From a virus, in IMG/VR virus record IMGVR_UViG_3300042562_001768: a DNA stretch of 15,563 nucleotides; one strand, given 5' to 3'. A program made the translations under genes and the position numbers. The stretch's first letter is position 1. Every line of letters starts with the position of its first letter. A model generated the notes under the pieces. That model ran no database searches and was not told where the DNA came from. It saw only the letters and a program-made list of their open reading frames with translations. Of this stretch, positions 14,275 through 15,563 are shown piece after piece.

Positions 14275-15027
14275 ATGGATGGCATCACGAAGCTTGCTGC
14301 GGCACTGGTCGCAGCCCAGAAGGATCTGACAAACCCCAAGTTTGATAAGCAGAATCCGCACTATCACAGTAAGTACGCATCACTGGCAGGCATTATCGAC
14401 ACGGTCCGCCCGGCGCTCTTAAAGCACGGACTGGCGGTGGTGCAACCGATCGAAACGGGGACCACATCCGGGACGATTCAGGTCCACACGATCCTGATCC
14501 ACACCTCCGGCGAGTCGATCAAGTCGACCCAGTCGGCACCGGCCCCAGGCGACCCGCAAAAGTTGGGCAGCCTGGTCACGTACTTGCGCCGCTATGGACT
14601 GTCTGCGCTGCTCATGCTGGCAGGGGACGACGACGACGATGCGAACGCCGCCGCGGCACCAACGCAGAAGACCCAGCAAACGCTTGAGCGCCACGTAGAG
14701 GCGTCCGCAGCGCTCTCCGGTGTCGAGAGAGCCATCGCAACCGCAGCCGCTCCTAGGGCATCCAAGGCGCCCGCGCGCGCTGCCGCCGCGAAGGGCATCC
14801 GAGTCGACGCAACGGTGAGCAAGATCGAGGAGCGCACCTCGGCGGCTGGCAAGGAGTACGCATGGATCCACACCGAGGACGCGGGGCGCCTCACATCGTT
14901 TGACAACATCGACGGGATGTCGGTCGGCGCGCGGTACACGTTCCTCCTCCGGAACGACCGCGACGGCAACCCGACGATCGTGGACGACTTCAGCGCTTGC
15001 GTCTCCGACGAGGAGATCCCATTCTGA
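14275..15027 (+). CDS. erf: ERF-family single-strand annealing protein (recombinase)
   Basis: N-terminal NPKFDKQNPHYHSKYASLAGIIDTVRPALLKHGLAVVQ, then DPQKLGSLVTYLRRYGLSALLMLAGDDDDD, which resembles the conserved core of ERF proteins. GGGAG Shine-Dalgarno 8 nt upstream of the ATG. Confidence 0.75.
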   Translation: MDGITKLAAALVAAQKDLTNPKFDKQNPHYHSKYASLAGIIDTVRPALLKHGLAVVQPIETGTTSGTIQVHTILIHTSGESIKSTQSAPAPGDPQKLGSLVTYLRRYGLSALLMLAGDDDDDANAAAAPTQKTQQTLERHVEASAALSGVERAIATAAAPRASKAPARAAAAKGIRVDATVSKIEERTSAAGKEYAWIHTEDAGRLTSFDNIDGMSVGARYTFLLRNDRDGNPTIVDDFSACVSDEEIPF

Positions 15028-15563
15028 TGCGCGTCGCCAAGCAACACATCCACATGGGAGAGATCTTCCGCTGCTCCGGACTTGCTCCGATGCAGCGTTA
15101 CCTACTCATGGCAATAGCCGATTACGGGCTCCCCGCCTGGCCGTCCCAGGCGCGCCTCGCAAACAAAACTGGACTCTCGCGATCCAGCATCAACACGATG
15201 GTGTCAGAGTTACGTCGCCTCGGCGTCCTTACGACGGAAGGTCGGGGCAAGTCTTTGACCTATCGAATTGACCTGTCTGGGAAGGGTGAGGTGTCGTCCG
15301 CAGCGACACCTCACCTGTCGTCCACAGCGACACCACCTGTCGTCCACAGCGACAGCAGGTGTCGCCCACAGCGACAGGGATCAGAACTCTCCAAGGAACT
15401 CTCCAATGAACCCTCCCAGTCCGCGGTGGAAACCGCGGGGGGGTGGGAGGTCTTTGGGGAGGTCATGCAAGCCATCGAACGGCACGATCCGCGAGCCCAG
15501 GGAGACCTGCCCGGACAGCGCCGCGTCGTGCGTCGGCGCCTGGATGAACTCGGCATCAAGGAC
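15027..15563 (+). CDS. Winged-helix DNA-binding protein, putative replication initiator with embedded iterons; truncated by the window edge and completed by 2..280 (229 aa in total)
   Basis: ATG at 15027 (TGATG overlap with erf stop). N-terminus MQRYLLMAIADYGLPAWPSQARLANKTGLSRSSINTMVSELRRLGVLTTEG is HTH-like. The frame is open to the window end and continues through the duplicated 127 nt. The Ser/Thr/Pro-rich linker is encoded by the iteron array. Confidence 0.65.
   Translation, partial: MRVAKQHIHMGEIFRCSGLAPMQRYLLMAIADYGLPAWPSQARLANKTGLSRSSINTMVSELRRLGVLTTEGRGKSLTYRIDLSGKGEVSSAATPHLSSTATPPVVHSDSRCRPQRQGSELSKELSNEPSQSAVETAGGWEVFGEVMQAIERHDPRAQGDLPGQRRVVRRRLDELGIKD
15285..15376. promoter_or_regulatory. 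Array of four 17-bp palindromic iteron-like repeats (tgtcgYccRcagcgaca), candidate origin of replication or operator
   Basis: Units at 15292-15308, 15316-15332, 15338-15354 and 15360-15376, spaced 24/22/22 bp. Each is an inverted repeat tgtcg-N7-cgaca. The first is extended to 12-bp arms (ggtgaggtgtcg / cgacacctcacc, 15285-15315). Followed by an AT-richer 11-bp direct repeat gaactctccaa x2 at 15384-15406. Confidence 0.55.

Noticed and set aside
1-15563. tRNA or other structured RNA genes
   Set aside because: I found no cloverleaf-compatible segment or conserved T-loop sequence, and the coding density leaves almost no room.

Overview
The window looks like a complete small tailed-phage genome from a high-GC host, not a chromosomal fragment. 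Bases 1-127 are identical to 15437-15563, so the unique sequence is 15,436 bp and is most likely circular or circularly permuted. All genes I can support are on the + strand, and most are chained by ATGA or TGATG start/stop overlaps. Gene order: a winged-helix, initiator-like gene that spans the junction and carries four iteron-like palindromes; small hypothetical genes; an Hjc-like PD-(D/E)XK nuclease; an HNH endonuclease; large terminase; portal; a prohead protease and HK97-type major capsid protein in one continuous frame; head-tail connector and closure proteins; neck, terminator-like and major tail proteins; chaperone-like ORFs; a very short tape-measure candidate; minor tail proteins; an SGNH/GDSL-like hydrolase; a cluster of small membrane proteins; a Cys-rich protein; and an ERF-type recombinase. 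I found no integrase, repressor, small terminase, obvious endolysin, tRNA or CRISPR array. Product calls rest on motif recognition by eye and on synteny; no database search was possible. The most interesting points are the protease-capsid fusion with an internal ribosome-binding site, the iteron array inside the initiator gene, and the lower-GC SGNH / membrane / Cys-rich module.
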